64,000 nt of DNA from Octopus sinensis (Eukaryota). This document shows positions 1-13,530 of this stretch, one piece after another (position 1 is the stretch's first letter; every line of letters starts with the position of its first letter). The translations under genes were made by a program, and so were the position numbers. Below the pieces are notes generated by a model that was not told the origin of the DNA, did not search any database, and saw nothing but the letters and a program-made list of their open reading frames with translations. Where the stretch lies: positions 93,062,001 through 93,126,000 of the forward strand of contig NC_042999.1 in NCBI RefSeq assembly GCF_006345805.1, given 5' to 3'.

Positions 1-2071
1 AAAAAAAATTTTTTTTAGTTAAATTAAAATACATGAGCAGCAACAGTTCTCACATCGACAATGCTCTTCTCAATACGTGTGATGTACCAGTTAAGACAAT
101 CTTTTGCACTGCTTGCAGGGACGGTAAGCCAGGGATCATTCTCATATAATTTTCGGTTCCCTTCTTGATCATTCCTAGTGCTCCTACGATCACTGGTATT
201 GTAACCGCCTTGAGATGCCACATTTTCTCAATTTCAATGAGTAGGTCTTTATATTTTCTGAGCTTGTCAAACTCTTTCGCTGAGATATTATGATCACAGG
301 GGATGCTCATGTCGATCAATAAGCAAACTTTATTGCTTTGGTCTTTCACAACAATATCTGGTTTATTGGCCTTGATGGTTCGGTCTGTATGTACTGGAAA
401 GTCCCACAGAATGGTTACATTTTCTCCTTCAGTTACAGCCTCAGGGTGGTGATTATACCACTTGTCGGCAGTTTTGATATTGTAATGCCGACTTATTAGC
501 CAGTGGAGATATTGGCCAACTCTGTCATGTCTTAATTTATACTCCACTGGTGCTAAGACTTTACATCCAGAGATTAGGTGGTCCACTGTTTCAATCATGT
601 CGTTGCAGAATCGGCATTTTGGGTCTGCTCCATTTTTCATCACATTGGCCTGGTAGTTCCGGGTTGATAGGCTTTGGTCTTGAGCAGCCAGGATGAAACC
701 TTCGCTCTCTGTTTTTAGCCCTGAGCTCCGCAGCCACTGATGGGTTTGCTTCTGGTCAACATCAGCTTGTTTGCTGCGGGTCACATATTTGCCGTGCAGA
801 GGTTTCTCCTCCCACCTATCAGCCAATTGCTCGTGCGCTTTTTTCATTGCCATCATTTTCACCTTCTTTGCAACAATAGTTGCCGTACTTCCCTCGGGTT
901 GTTCAGTTTGGGTATCCTGCACGAGATCAATAGCAAATCTTTTGCTTTCCTTGATGATAGAATGAAGCTTCTTTCGTCTCTCGTGATTTTCCACGAGCTT
1001 TAGCATCCAGTCATTCGATATTTCGAGATATTTGGCCAGTCCAATTGTGGTTGTTTTGTAAGCTAGTTCAAATTGGATCAGGCCTCGACCTCCTTGGGCT
1101 CTGGGAAGGTAAAGGCGATCTACGTCTGCCTTTGGGTGGTGCATCCTATTACAACTCAGCAGCTTGCGTATTTTTCTATCTATATTCTTTACTTCATTCA
1201 TATTCCAGTTCAACACATTGTAGCTATAAGTAACAACTGGAACTGCTAGGGAATTTATAGCTAACACCTTGTTACGTGAATTTAGTTCAGATTTCAGGAC
1301 TGCACGAACTCTCCTATAACATTCCTTCCTGATTTTCTCTTTCATGCTTGCATGCTGAATACCAGAGCCTTCATTTATCCCTAAATATTTGTATGTTTGT
1401 TCTTGCTCAAGCTCTCTTATGACTGTGTCAACATCTAACACGACTGAATTTGTGGTCTTCACTTTCCCTTTCTGGAAAGTGACCTTGGCACACTTCTCAA
1501 GTCCAAACTCCATCCCGATGTCATCGCTGAATGCTTTCACGATGCGCAATAGGCCTTCAAGTTCATTATTGTCTTTACCATAAAGTTTTAAGTCATCCAT
1601 ATAAAATAAATGGCTTATTTTTTTATTGGCAATTTTATACCCATACCCTGTTCTGTTTAATTCACTTGTAAGGGGTATTAGGGCTATGCAGAATATTAAA
1701 GGTGAAAGTGAGTCACCTTGAAAAATTCCACAGTTGATGTTCATATTTTCTGAGGCAAGTACTCCTTTAGAGTGGTATAATTGGAGATTCGTATTCCACA
1801 ACGACATATTGTGCTTCAGGAAGTTTGAAATCACAGGGGAAATTTTGAAGATGTCCAGCGATCTCAAGATCCATGGATGCGGTATACTGTCGAAGGCCTT
1901 TTTATAGTCAACCGATGCGGTGCTGAGATTTCTGCGCTTGTTGTGACAGTTCTCAAGGATCATACGATTGATTAGCAGTTGATCTTTGCATCCGTAAGAG
2001 CCTCGGCGGCACCCTTTTTGTTCAATGGGGAAAATATCGTTCTTCTCCATGAATGCATATGTTTTCTCCGC
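1..2071 (-). mobile_element. R4/Dong-like retrotransposon copy 1 (family A), 5'-truncated
   Basis: Coding homology continues in frame to 2071 (AEKTYAF-MEKN) and stops exactly at a (TTA)n tract; the 3' UTR runs off the window start. Confidence 0.88.
50..2050 (-). CDS. RT + CCHC zinc finger + restriction-like endonuclease of an R4/Dong-type non-LTR retrotransposon (5'-truncated, frame intact)
   Basis: 666-aa ORF with RT motifs (QKGC, VDYKKAFDSIPH, GIFQGDSLSPLIF, YMDDLK, YKYLG), CRFC..ETVDHLISGC zinc knuckle, and RLE motifs NKPDIVV..LIDMSIP..KLRKYKDL..IPVIVGALG. Confidence 0.93.
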   Translation of the reverse strand: MEKNDIFPIEQKGCRRGSYGCKDQLLINRMILENCHNKRRNLSTASVDYKKAFDSIPHPWILRSLDIFKISPVISNFLKHNMSLWNTNLQLYHSKGVLASENMNINCGIFQGDSLSPLIFCIALIPLTSELNRTGYGYKIANKKISHLFYMDDLKLYGKDNNELEGLLRIVKAFSDDIGMEFGLEKCAKVTFQKGKVKTTNSVVLDVDTVIRELEQEQTYKYLGINEGSGIQHASMKEKIRKECYRRVRAVLKSELNSRNKVLAINSLAVPVVTYSYNVLNWNMNEVKNIDRKIRKLLSCNRMHHPKADVDRLYLPRAQGGRGLIQFELAYKTTTIGLAKYLEISNDWMLKLVENHERRKKLHSIIKESKRFAIDLVQDTQTEQPEGSTATIVAKKVKMMAMKKAHEQLADRWEEKPLHGKYVTRSKQADVDQKQTHQWLRSSGLKTESEGFILAAQDQSLSTRNYQANVMKNGADPKCRFCNDMIETVDHLISGCKVLAPVEYKLRHDRVGQYLHWLISRHYNIKTADKWYNHHPEAVTEGENVTILWDFPVHTDRTIKANKPDIVVKDQSNKVCLLIDMSIPCDHNISAKEFDKLRKYKDLLIEIEKMWHLKAVTIPVIVGALGMIKKGTENYMRMIPGLPSLQAVQKIVLTGTSHVLRRALSM

Positions 2072-2222
2072 TTATTATTATTATCATTATTATTATTATT
2101 ATTATTATTGTCATCATTGTTATTATCAGTAGTAGTAGTAGTAGTAATAGTAGTAGTAGAAATAGTAGTAGTTGTAATAGTAGTATTCGTCATCGTCGTC
2201 GCCGTCGTCGTAGTAGTAAACA
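2072..2222. repeat. Compound trinucleotide microsatellite (TTA)n/(TAG)n/(GTC)n
   Basis: Direct reading; explains the spurious poly-T/poly-N/poly-L ORFs. Confidence 0.95.
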
Positions 2223-5200
2223 TTAGCAATAATAGATTCAAATTTTGGTATATGTCCAGCAATTTTAGGAAGTGTAGGAATCGATTATATCGACCCGTAT
2301 AACCGACTGTTTTATCATTTTTTTTCGATCCCGGAAAGTGAAAGCTGACCTTGGCTGTATTGGTACTGAGCTGATCATTGACACGCCAATGATCATGCCA
2401 GATCTCACAAGTGCTACTAACCAGCATGAGCGCTTGATAATGTTTTTAATGATTACTGTGAAGACACTATGTCAGAATAGATTTTCACAAATGAGTACAA
2501 GCTAACATTAAAACAGACAATTGACCTAAAATATTTTCTTTTAACTATGTTCAGATACTAAACTCAGTGAATTGCTAACGACATACCCACAGAGATGTTT
2601 AGGAGAGGATGAAATTGATAAGATACGATAGTTCTGAATGTCGGGTGAAAACTACAAAAGAATAAGTACTTCAGTAGACTGTGGCTAATAAAAGAAATTG
2701 AAATTGTTGCTAGAAATAAGTGAATAGTTATAAACACACTAGATATCTTTGTTATACACTAGAGTTCAGCGTAATAAAATAGACGTTTGTGTACAAATCA
2801 AATTCTGAGTTCAGAAGGATGAAACAGGAATGTTTTCTCGTGCTCGATAAACAGAGCGATCGTACCGCACCGCTTATTGCACTCAATTAATTTGCTACTG
2901 ATAATTACAAATAAATCTCAATTTCTGTGAACGTACTTTACGTTAGTAATTTAGCAGATATGTTATCGTTGATACATGTAAATAATATAAAGTACGCGAG
3001 TCGTCAACAAAATGAATACTAGCTAAATCGCAACGGAAGTTTGTCAGATATTTATAAAATAAAAATCGTATGTTCATGATAGCACAATAATTAATTCACA
3101 GAAACCTTAGTATTTTATGCCTTATGAGTGACACGGAAAAGAATTTCAACAATACCAATTGATTAACATGTAAGACCTCCATGCCTCGCATGAAAAGCAG
3201 AGAAAGATAGCACAAACGTTAAATTACAGAAGGTAATTGTAGTTTCATGATAAATAGCATCAGTATATTGAATATGCGCACTGAAATCATTTTTGCACTC
3301 TCTTACTGCTTTTTTAAATAAACGTTGGTTGGAAGTTATTTTATTAGCAATCAAAACATTAGATAAGATAATGCAATTTCGCAACCTTAACTTATGAATA
3401 TTTCATGAGATTTAATTCGAAGTGTAATATTATTTAAAAACCATATTTTAGTTTATGTTAACGACTTATTTGACTGGAAGTTTTTCTAATGCTTGCAGAA
3501 AATACTGTTCATCATCTGGTATATAAAACGGGTATACGTATCTGAATCGTAAGACGTTTCCACTTCTTTATAATCATCATTGCCTCCACTCCCGCTTCAC
3601 AGCCTCTTTCGGCAGCAGCTTGCCTTCATTTTTTTGCATTTGAAATTCTACATTTTTGACAGATTTTACGGGACTTTCTACTAGAAAATTACACCTATCT
3701 CACGACACATATAGTGGTAAAGCGCATTCTAACAATCTTTGGTCAATGAATTTTCTCTATCAGTCATCCATTTCTTTCCCTGAAATGAAACATTGACTTT
3801 AATAGTATCATTTTTGTTTACATGACTTGACTGAAGAAAAGACGCTAATATTTCGTGAACTTCTTTAGTTATTGCATATTTTGTTCTAGGTTCTTTTTCA
3901 TATTTGTTAAGTGAGTTGCGAAAAATTCTCCAGCTGAGGAAAGATTTTCATTACCTGAGCTACGAGGGTGTCTCTTCTACTCATGAAAGTGATGTAACAA
4001 ATACATTAGTGATCTGTAAATTGCTTTAGTTTTGGTATAATTATAGTATTCTACTTGATCGATTATTTACGTATAAATTTTTAATATGTCCTGGGAGGTT
4101 TTGGCGCAAAATATGCTGGCCATTATAATGTACATCCTGAGAGAAAAAAACTTTTCTGTTTAGTCGTTTCAGATCTCGCTGTACACCGTGTAAATAACGA
4201 TTAATTTTCTTTTTTATTGGTTAGTAGATATAAGCACATAGCAGCAAACAATTTGTTCGTTGCAAGTATAAACAAAGCCAGCGGCTTAGTGAAGGCTTAA
4301 AATGCCTGGTGCTTTTGGCGGACGAGGCACAAAAAATCGAAACCCCTACAGTCCCAGATTTCCGTGCGCCAATTAGCTGAGTGTGTTGAACACACTGTAG
4401 TCGCAAAAGGGCGACTTAATTTTTTCCTATGGCGTACACTACAATGACCAATATATATTGCATACGAATGTGCATGGCCGTACTGAGAATAACCTCGCAA
4501 ATAATCGTTTCAAACCTCGTTGTACACGGTGTAAATATCGACTTCATGATATACATTAAGTAAGATATGCACATATTCTGGGAAAAAATCGTGTTAACAG
4601 TTTTCCAAATAAGCAAAAGAAAACAAATCTCATTTTCTGGATACTCGTATTACTTTCTCACTCTAGGGGTATATCTCTGGAAGGTTGTTATTTTTCTTGA
4701 AAGGTTGTCGCGAATATTTGTTTGTGAAACGTATGTCTACTCTATTTCCGTTTCATTTTGCGAGAACATCATCTTACTCTTGATTGGAATCTTTGTTTAT
4801 TAGGGCGTGTTTTGCCCACGTACGTGCTTAAGTAAACAAGTTTAGATAACCATTTTATTATTATTCATTGATCCTATGCTCCTGAAAGTTTTTCATTTGA
4901 AAACGTTGAGAGCAACCAGGCTTTGCAGCCCGTACTTCTATTTATATAAACAAACATACGTAAATTTCACAGGCACGTATATATGCACATATATACATAC
5001 AAATAACACAGATATATGCACACATTTTGAGGGAAAGTTTGCTTTTATTTTAAATAACTATTTGAATGTGCATTTACATGTAGTGTAAAAGAAAAAGAAA
5101 ATACAGACACATATACGCATACATTAGTACAAACACACACACGCTAATATATGTTTATATATTTCTTTTACAAAATATATATAAATGAATACATAAAAAG

Positions 5201-5742
5201 TTGTTTGTTTTGCAGTGATAAAAAAGAGAGAAACTTCATCAAATTGCGTATTTATGTGTATGTACAGTCTCACATAAACGCGCACACACACACTCACACA
5301 CACACACATATACGTAAATACACACTCACAGGAACACGCACATGAATACGCATGCATGTATTTATGTATGTATATTTATATTATTTTGTAGGCTATATAC
5401 ATGATAATATAAAGACAGATATTAAAAAGAAAGACAGGAGTGTTATGGGATTGTGCGTATGTTTGTGTTGGCATTCGTGTGTGTGAGTGCGTGTGCGAGC
5501 GAGTGCATGTTTTAGCTAACCTTTAGAAGGCCGGGAGTGTTCAATGTAAATAACTGAAAAAAATCATAATATTCTAAGCTCATGCTATGCAAAATATATT
5601 TACAAGTAAATATCTATATTTAAGATTAAAGGTAACTTTCTAAATTCTTACTACATTTCTGTGATTATGATTTTCAATGTATTTAATTACCAAAATGATA
5701 TATACTGTCACTATTGATGACATGGATGCACTTATACATGTG

Positions 5743-5743
<1 letters not shown>

Positions 5744-5835
<92 letters not shown>

Positions 5836-5855
5836 ACACACTCGCACACACACAC
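5744..5855. repeat. (CA)n microsatellite
   Basis: Long CA run; gives HTHT/CVCV pseudo-ORFs. Confidence 0.95.
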
Positions 5856-5999
5856 TTCTACCTGTATTAGAAAAGTGTCTTTCAACAGCAAAGATAGAGA
5901 AATTTTTACTGATCTGAATATTCTAGATATAAATATAAGAATAAACATGCATATATATATATGTATACACCCAAATTCACGCACAGAGCCATCCCCATA

Positions 6000-6039
<40 letters not shown>

Positions 6040-6400
6040 CTTTCACCTTTTATCTTCTACGTTTTAGTCATTTGACTCCGGCTATGCTGGGGCACCACCC
6101 CGAGAGGAATTTAGTCGAGAAAAAAAAACGGCCCCAGGACTTACTTTTTGTTAAGCCAGGTACTTATTTTATCCAAAACTTTTGCCGAGCTGCTAAGTTG
6201 CGGGAAAGTAAACACGCCAACACCGATTATCAAGCGTTGGTGCGAGGTACACACATGTACAACGACAAGCAGATAGATAAATACATATACACACAACAAT
6301 GTACTTTCAGTTTCCGCCGTCTACCAGATCTACTGACAGGGCTTTGGTTGGTCTGAGGTTATAGTAGAAAGCATTTGCCCCAATCTGAAAGCATGTGGTT
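6040..6400 (-). mobile_element. tRNA-derived SINE family 1, decayed (duplicated at about 7536-7896)
   Basis: agtcatttgactccggctatgctggggcacc...tcagtttccgccgtctaccagatc...gcatgtggttgagaagcaaatt aligns with the cleaner copy at 14676-15093. Confidence 0.75.
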
Positions 6401-7159
6401 GAGAAGCAAATTACTATTCAAAGTAATTACTTTTCATCATTGTTGACAGATGACAGAAATCGGAGTCATCAAGGATATTACAACGTAGTCTCCTGTAGCA
6501 GAAATTGTATCACATTAGTACATATTTCAATTAAAAAAACTTTTAGAAAAACATACGAGCGAATAACACAGTTCCCACAAATGTGTACAAATAATAAGAC
6601 TTACCTATGGTATCGCACGTTGACCGTTCATTTATACCAATGGCAAAACCCGGTTTCTCTTTCAGAGCAGAGTGCAGATTTACTCCGTACAGTTAGTGCA
6701 AGTATAGCCATTAGTACTGAGTCAGTTCAGCCTTTATCGTTGAATGTAAATATTTTATTTAATTAGTCTTCCGGAACGCCAGGGAAATATCAACCCATTT
6801 ACGTTATTCTTCTGCGTATCAAACAACAAATTATTTCAGCGATTATGATAAGTAATAATCTTGCCCGTCTGCGAGGGCCTCCAAAGGTCATCTACTATAC
6901 CTCTCTTTCATCGATTGCCAATCATATACGTAATATCGGATACTCTATTGATAAGGGGTTCTCTGCACTCAACTACGCTAATTACAAAAGAAGAAAAACA
7001 AATCTCATTACAGAAAATGTATCATAGTTGCAATGAAATATTAGAAATATATGATCCATATACTGTGTATATGTATGTGTGTAGACATAATAAATGTATA
7101 TCTGTTCATATATAAAAGGTATCCATATTTATATATAATATATATATGTTGATATGTTG

Positions 7160-7310
7160 GCAGGCGTGGCTGTATAGACACATGAGTGGCTGTGGTAAGA
7201 AACTTGCTTCTCAACCACATGGTTTCGGGCTCAATCCCCCTGCGTAGCACCTTGGGCTCGTGTCTTCTGCTATAAACTCAGGTAAACGGAAGCTGAAAGA
7301 ATACTGTCAT
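7160..7310 (+). mobile_element. SINE family 1, 5' half only (cut by the duplication breakpoint)
   Basis: tRNA-like head gtggctgtggtaagaaacttgcttctcaaccacatggtttcgggctcaatccc followed by (TATC)n; no 3' half in this copy. Confidence 0.75.
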
Positions 7311-7411
7311 ATCTATCTATCTATCTATCTAGTTATATATCTATCAATTTATCTATCTATCTATCTATCTATCTATATATCTATCTATCTATATCTATCT
7401 ATATCTATCTA

Positions 7412-7494
<83 letters not shown>

Positions 7495-8655
7495 ATATAT
7501 ATATATATATAATATATATATATATATATACATATCTTTCACCTTTTATCTTCTACGTTTTAGTCATTTGACTCCGGCTATGCTGGGGCACCACCCCGAG
7601 AGGAATTTAGTCGAGAAAAAAAAACGGCCCCAGGACTTACTTTTTGTTAAGCCAGGTACTTATTTTATCCAAAACTTTTGCCGAGCTGCTAAGTTGCGGG
7701 AAAGTAAACACGCCAACACCGATTATCAAGCGTTGGTGCGAGGTACACACATGTACAACGACAAGCAGATAGATAAATACATATACACACAACAATGTAC
7801 TTTCAGTTTCCGCCGTCTACCAGATCTACTGACAGGGCTTTGGTTGGTCTGAGGTTATAGTAGAAAGCATTTGCCCCAATCTGAAAGCATGTGGTTGAGA
7901 AGCAAATTACTATTCAAAGTAATTACTTTTCATCATTGTTGACAGATGACAGAAATCGGAGTCATCAAGGATATTACAACGTAGTCTCCTGTAGCAGAAA
8001 TTGTATCACATTAGTACATATTTCAATTAAAAAAACTTTTAGAAAAACATACGAGCGAATAACACAGTTCCCACAAATGTGTACAAATAATAAGACTTAC
8101 CTATGGTATCGCACGTTGACCGTTCATTTATACCAATGGCAAAACCCGGTTTCTCTTTCAGAGCAGAGTGCAGATTTACTCCGTACAGTTAGTGCAAGTA
8201 TAGCCATTAGTACTGAGTCAGTTCAGCCTTTATCGTTGAATGTAAATATTTTATTTAATTAGTCTTCCGGAACGCCAGGGAAATATCAACCCATTTACGT
8301 TATTCTTCTGCGTATCAAACAACAAATTATTTCAGCGATTATGATAAGTAATAATCTTGCCCGTCTGCGAGGGCCTCCAAAGGTCATCTACTATACCTCT
8401 CTTTCATCGATTGCCAATCATATACGTAATATCGGATACTCTATTGATAAGGGGTTCTCTGCACTCAACTACGCTAATTACAAAAGAAGAAAAACAAATC
8501 TCATTACAGAAAATGTATCATAGTTGCAATGAAATATTAGAAATATATGATCCATATACTGTGTATATGTATGTGTGTAGACATAATAAATGTATATCTG
8601 TTCATATATAAAAGGTATCCATATTTATATATAATATATATATGTTGATATGTTG

Positions 8656-9270
<615 letters not shown>

Positions 9271-9353
9271 GAAAGTATAAGAGTATATACATACATAAAT
9301 ACACACATACATGCGTACATACATACATACATATATACATATATGCATACATT

Positions 9354-9423
<70 letters not shown>

Positions 9424-9521
9424 AGTATTGGTATCCAGAAGACCCAAGGTGGCAGGTAACGCTATGTAACTGCTATGGAAAGACCGTAGTTAAACGCACG
9501 GTTCGATAATGATAAGAGAGA

Positions 9522-9803
9522 GGAGTCTAATGCAGGTTTTGTATGAGCATGTATATTCTAAATAAAATGAGAGAACAAAGCCACGGCTGTGTGGAATTTT
9601 CAGTATATTTATAAAAGGAAAATTAGTCTTACAGTTGTTTCTAAGATATTAGGGATATCTCTTCATCAGGGACGATGTGAGATGTTTAAATAGAGGGAAA
9701 AATTAGAGTTCAATATAGTGTCCTGAAAATTCCACACAGCCTTGGCTTTGTTGTCTCATTTTATTTAGCATATAATGTTCATACATGACCCACATTAGAC
9801 TCC
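9522..9803 (-). mobile_element. Penelope-like terminal fragment: about 82-bp inverted arms around a hammerhead-like core
   Basis: 9522-9603 is the imperfect reverse complement of 9723-9803; minus strand 9673-9626 reads CTGATGA-a-gagatat-cccta-atatctt-a-GAAAC-aac-TGTA. Confidence 0.6.
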
Positions 9804-9904
9804 GCACTCGTATATGCATGTGTATGCGCTATTATGTAAGCCTACTTACTAGTGTATTTAAACCCGTACGCATGCATACATATATATACACTTACACACA
9901 CATA

Positions 9905-10660
9905 TATGCATATACACAAAGTATCTGGTGAACAAGAGAGACAGTGACGTTCTTGTAATCCCAAGGTGCAACAGTATATGTAGGCTATGTCATGTAAAAC
10001 ATCACGCATGTGATTGGCTGCTGTCCTAAAATGTCGTCATGGTACTACCATCCTATGCGGCACGATGGTTTTACTAAAGCAATAGAAAATGCAATCCGCA
10101 AAAAGAAAAAAAGATTTTCATGAGATAAACTGAGAAAATCCCTCTATTACGGAATACATTCATAAACACCAACTTAATGAATACTGGTGGAATATTTCCA
10201 TCAAACCTTCTCTCAAATGTAAGCATTGCAGGCCGGATATTATTGTTTGGGACAGAGAGGCAAAGGGTAGTGCCATCATAGAGGTTAGCTGCCATACAGA
10301 TATAAATAGCTCTTTGAAAATCAAGGAAAACGAGAATATATATGGACAACTGCTTCGAAACCTCCAACTTCTATATCCAGACTATGATTTCATATTCATA
10401 CCAATAATAATTGGAGCACTAGGTTTTGTTAGCAAATCCTTAAAAGAGAATTTGGATAAACTGGGGTTTTCAGAAAGAGAAATTGCCCGGCTGGTTTGTA
10501 TCTTACCAGTCCTATCTGTGACTGGAACAGTAAAATTATGCAAGACTTTTCTCTTGTTCCAAATGTGAATTTGTTTGTGTTAAATGCATCTCAAAGTCGG
10601 AGACTTGTATCATTGTTGGAAACCGGATTGCACCTAAGCGGAAGATTTATAATAATTAAA
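9905..10660 (+). mobile_element. RLE non-LTR retrotransposon 3' fragment (family C, subclade unresolved), frameshifted
   Basis: ICRLCH..ITHVIGCCPKMSS.YYHPMRHD zinc knuckle, CRPDIIVWDRE...IIEVSC, and LLRNLQLLYPDYDFIFIPIIIGALG...GTVKLCKTFL. Confidence 0.85.
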
Positions 10661-10789
10661 TAAGTTCAAGAGACATATACATACATTCATACATATTTAT
10701 ACGTATATACATATATATGTATGTATTTATGTATAGATATATGCATGTATGTATGCATCTCTGCATGTATGTATGCTAGGAGTGAAATG

Positions 10790-10895
10790 GTATATTTGTT
10801 TATTACTGTCTTTTACTTGTTTAAAACATTTGACTCTGGCGATACTCGAGCATTGGCTTTGGTCGAACGAATTGACACCAAGTACTCAGTCTATC
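10790..10895 (-). mobile_element. SINE family 1, 3' fragment
   Basis: ttttacttgtttaaaacatttgactctggcgatactcgagca..ttggtcgaacgaattgacacc resembles the SINE1 3' end. Confidence 0.5.
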
Positions 10896-13530
10896 ATTTA
10901 TTGATCACCAGTCGTGTTCCACTGCAAAGTCTTTGTGTTTCCAGATTGCGGAGTAGAATTACATGAGTTCCAACTTTAAGTGCTAATATGTGGGGAGTTA
11001 GTCCCGGAGACTCCAACGAATTGAGAAATTCAGGAGTTTAGTTCACCATTTCATTTTTAACTGGAGTTGTATCAACAGACTTGTAAGTGTAAAGAGTGCC
11101 GGCAAGAGAATGCATGAGCTGTTTATTTATTATTTTAGCAGCGACGTTTTTTTGGAGCTAATATTGCTCTTTCACACACCCAATTGTGATTTTGGTATTT
11201 TTTTGTGAAGTTGGGAAAGACTTTGTGTTTAAGCTCATCCACAGAATTAACAACAGAGGAAATGGCCACACTTCCATTTCTTCTGCAGCGTTGAGAGGCA
11301 CCTTGCCATTACCAAGTGTCAAAATGTCCTGTGCAAACTTTGCGAACACTTGGCCGCCGTGTAGCTGAGCTCTCATGTTAATGAGAAGACTGAGGGTGGT
11401 AACATGATGCAACAGGGTAGAGGACTTTAGGCATGCTTGAATTGCATCTGCTCTAGTGCCTTTCTGAACGACAGGAAGAGTTTGCCTGAAATCACCTGAA
11501 AACAGAAGCGTTACACCTCCCATTGGAGTCTGACAGTATCGGATGTCTTTCAGGGATCTATCTAATGCTTCCAATGCTCCCTTGTGAGCCATGGTGCACT
11601 CATCCGAGTCGATTAGATGACACCTTTTAAGTACCTGCCCCTGATCTGAGCTTTTGCTGATGTTGCATGAAGGCATCTCGGATGCTGCTAAATTGAGAGG
11701 AAGCTTAAAAGTCGAATGTGCTGTCCTGCCACCAGGTAACAAAGTTGCTGCAATCTCAGAGGATACTGCAATGTCCTGGTGGCCTAACTTCTGCAAGGAG
11801 AGGCTTCGTAATAAATGTTTTTCCTGTCCCTCCAGGAGCATCCAGGGAGAATATTAGTCCCTTGCGTTTGCGTACACTGTTAAGAATAGTTCTGTAGGCC
11901 TGAAGCTGGACCGGAAGTAGTTTAAGTTCGTTTTCAACAATGTACTTTGAAAGCGATTGAATGTCATAGGATGTTTCACGAATGGCAGCAGTGGGAAGGC
12001 TATTTGACCCTGACCTGAATGTGAACAATTCATTTCTACCCAGTGTAGCAATTCTGCCTTCAATGTCAATGAGAGTTTTGTTGCAGACTTCATTGCTGAT
12101 ACCCTCCAAGTCAGGATAGAGCAGTTCAGCTTGCCGCTTAAAGTCTTCAGCCACGTTGTCTTTGTATTTGAGCCATAGAGTGGCAGGATCACACGGTTCA
12201 CATGTCTGTAGTAATACTGCAAATAGTGCCCTGAGTGTTTTAGGTGATTCTAATAAACCAGTCCCTCACAAAATTGCATCCCATTGTGCGCCATCTTCTA
12301 ACAGACATTGTCGATAGCCGGCTTCTCTGTATGTTGTGCAGACATGTCCATAAACGGTTTTTAGGCCTGGAAACACGTTGGCCCCCTGAATTCATGCAGT
12401 AGTAGAAGGAAGTAGAAGCGCTCTTGTTGAGTGGGATGCACTGTGTATACTCGCCCAAGGCAAGTGTCAAACTTAATTCCAGAGTATCCATGAACATTTT
12501 GATCTGCTTTCCTCAGGGCCCATATTTTCCATTACAAGTGTAGTACGATGGATACAGCAAAGATTGAGCGATTAGATTAACTTGACAAAGCTTGAAGAAT
12601 GCAATGAACGTGCTATCCTTTGGTTCCTCTGCCAACAGAGAAATATTAACATCGGTGAAGTACAGCCTTTGACCGTTTTCCAGGTGCACTGCAAGCTGTG
12701 GAATGGCGGTGTGTAGTTGGTGAAGTGGAAAGCCAAAGATGCGCCAGAAAGCTTCGTTGCTACTTATGTACCGTCAGACTTGATAATGCGTCACCTCATC
12801 CTGGCAGTATTTTTGTTGAATTCCAATCATTGCAGCGTCAGAACCCTTGTTCACCTACTTACAAATGTACTTTATGGACTTAACGGAGTTGCAAAACTCA
12901 AAGTTGAAGTGGACATTGAAAGTCTTTAGCAGGAGTGGGCAGTAAGTAACAATCCATCAATTATCAAACTCGTGCTGTCCGATAGTTGCTGTGAAACCGC
13001 CGCCTTTTGGGTTTCTTTTTCTGTATGATGGATACCTATCAACGCCTGTCTCAGTTTCGTGTAGGAACCACCTTGGAAATATTTTTAAACATACGCTGTC
13101 GTTCAAGCATAGTGAGTTTATGTTGAATCCACGCCCACATGGACCATACACCATGTTTGCCTTAACTATTTCGTATAGTACTTTGTCTAAAGCTAGATCA
13201 GGAAGATCTGTAGTGATTATCTTGTCGATGTCAGTGGATTTGATCCTCGTTGAAAGCCAGTAGGACATGAACATGTGGAAGGCCGCTTTTTTGCCATTCG
13301 ATTGAGTACATATCACATTGTATGGATCCGAAGACTTGCTCTTTTTTATGAGCTCCATGAGAGTGATTAACTTCAGATGGAAAACTCAGGCGAGGAGGCC
13401 ATACCTGTCTTTAGGCTTTTGACCGAAGAAGAGTTCGGCCTGAATTTCCTTCCATTTGGGATTGCATGTGAAAGTTATGAACAGATCAGGCCTGCCGTAA
13501 TTGCGAACAAGTCTGCAGGCCCGCATTAAT
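10895..13530 (-). mobile_element. Decayed Helitron RepHel pseudogene (HUH Rep + PIF1 helicase)
   Basis: Rep motifs YGRPDLFITFTCNPKW, degenerate HUH (KKAAFHMFMSYWL), YGPCG and YPSYRKR; helicase motifs LDAPGGTGKTF, GGRTAHSTFKLPL, DECTMAHK, GDFRQTLPVV, AILAPKN and LKVGTHVILLRNL, split by stops and frameshifts. Confidence 0.92.

Noticed and set aside
2555-2644. Possible exon after a good acceptor (DTKLSELLTTYPQRCLGEDEIDKIR*)
   Set aside because: All three frames hit a stop before the weak donor, and the peptide is not recognisable
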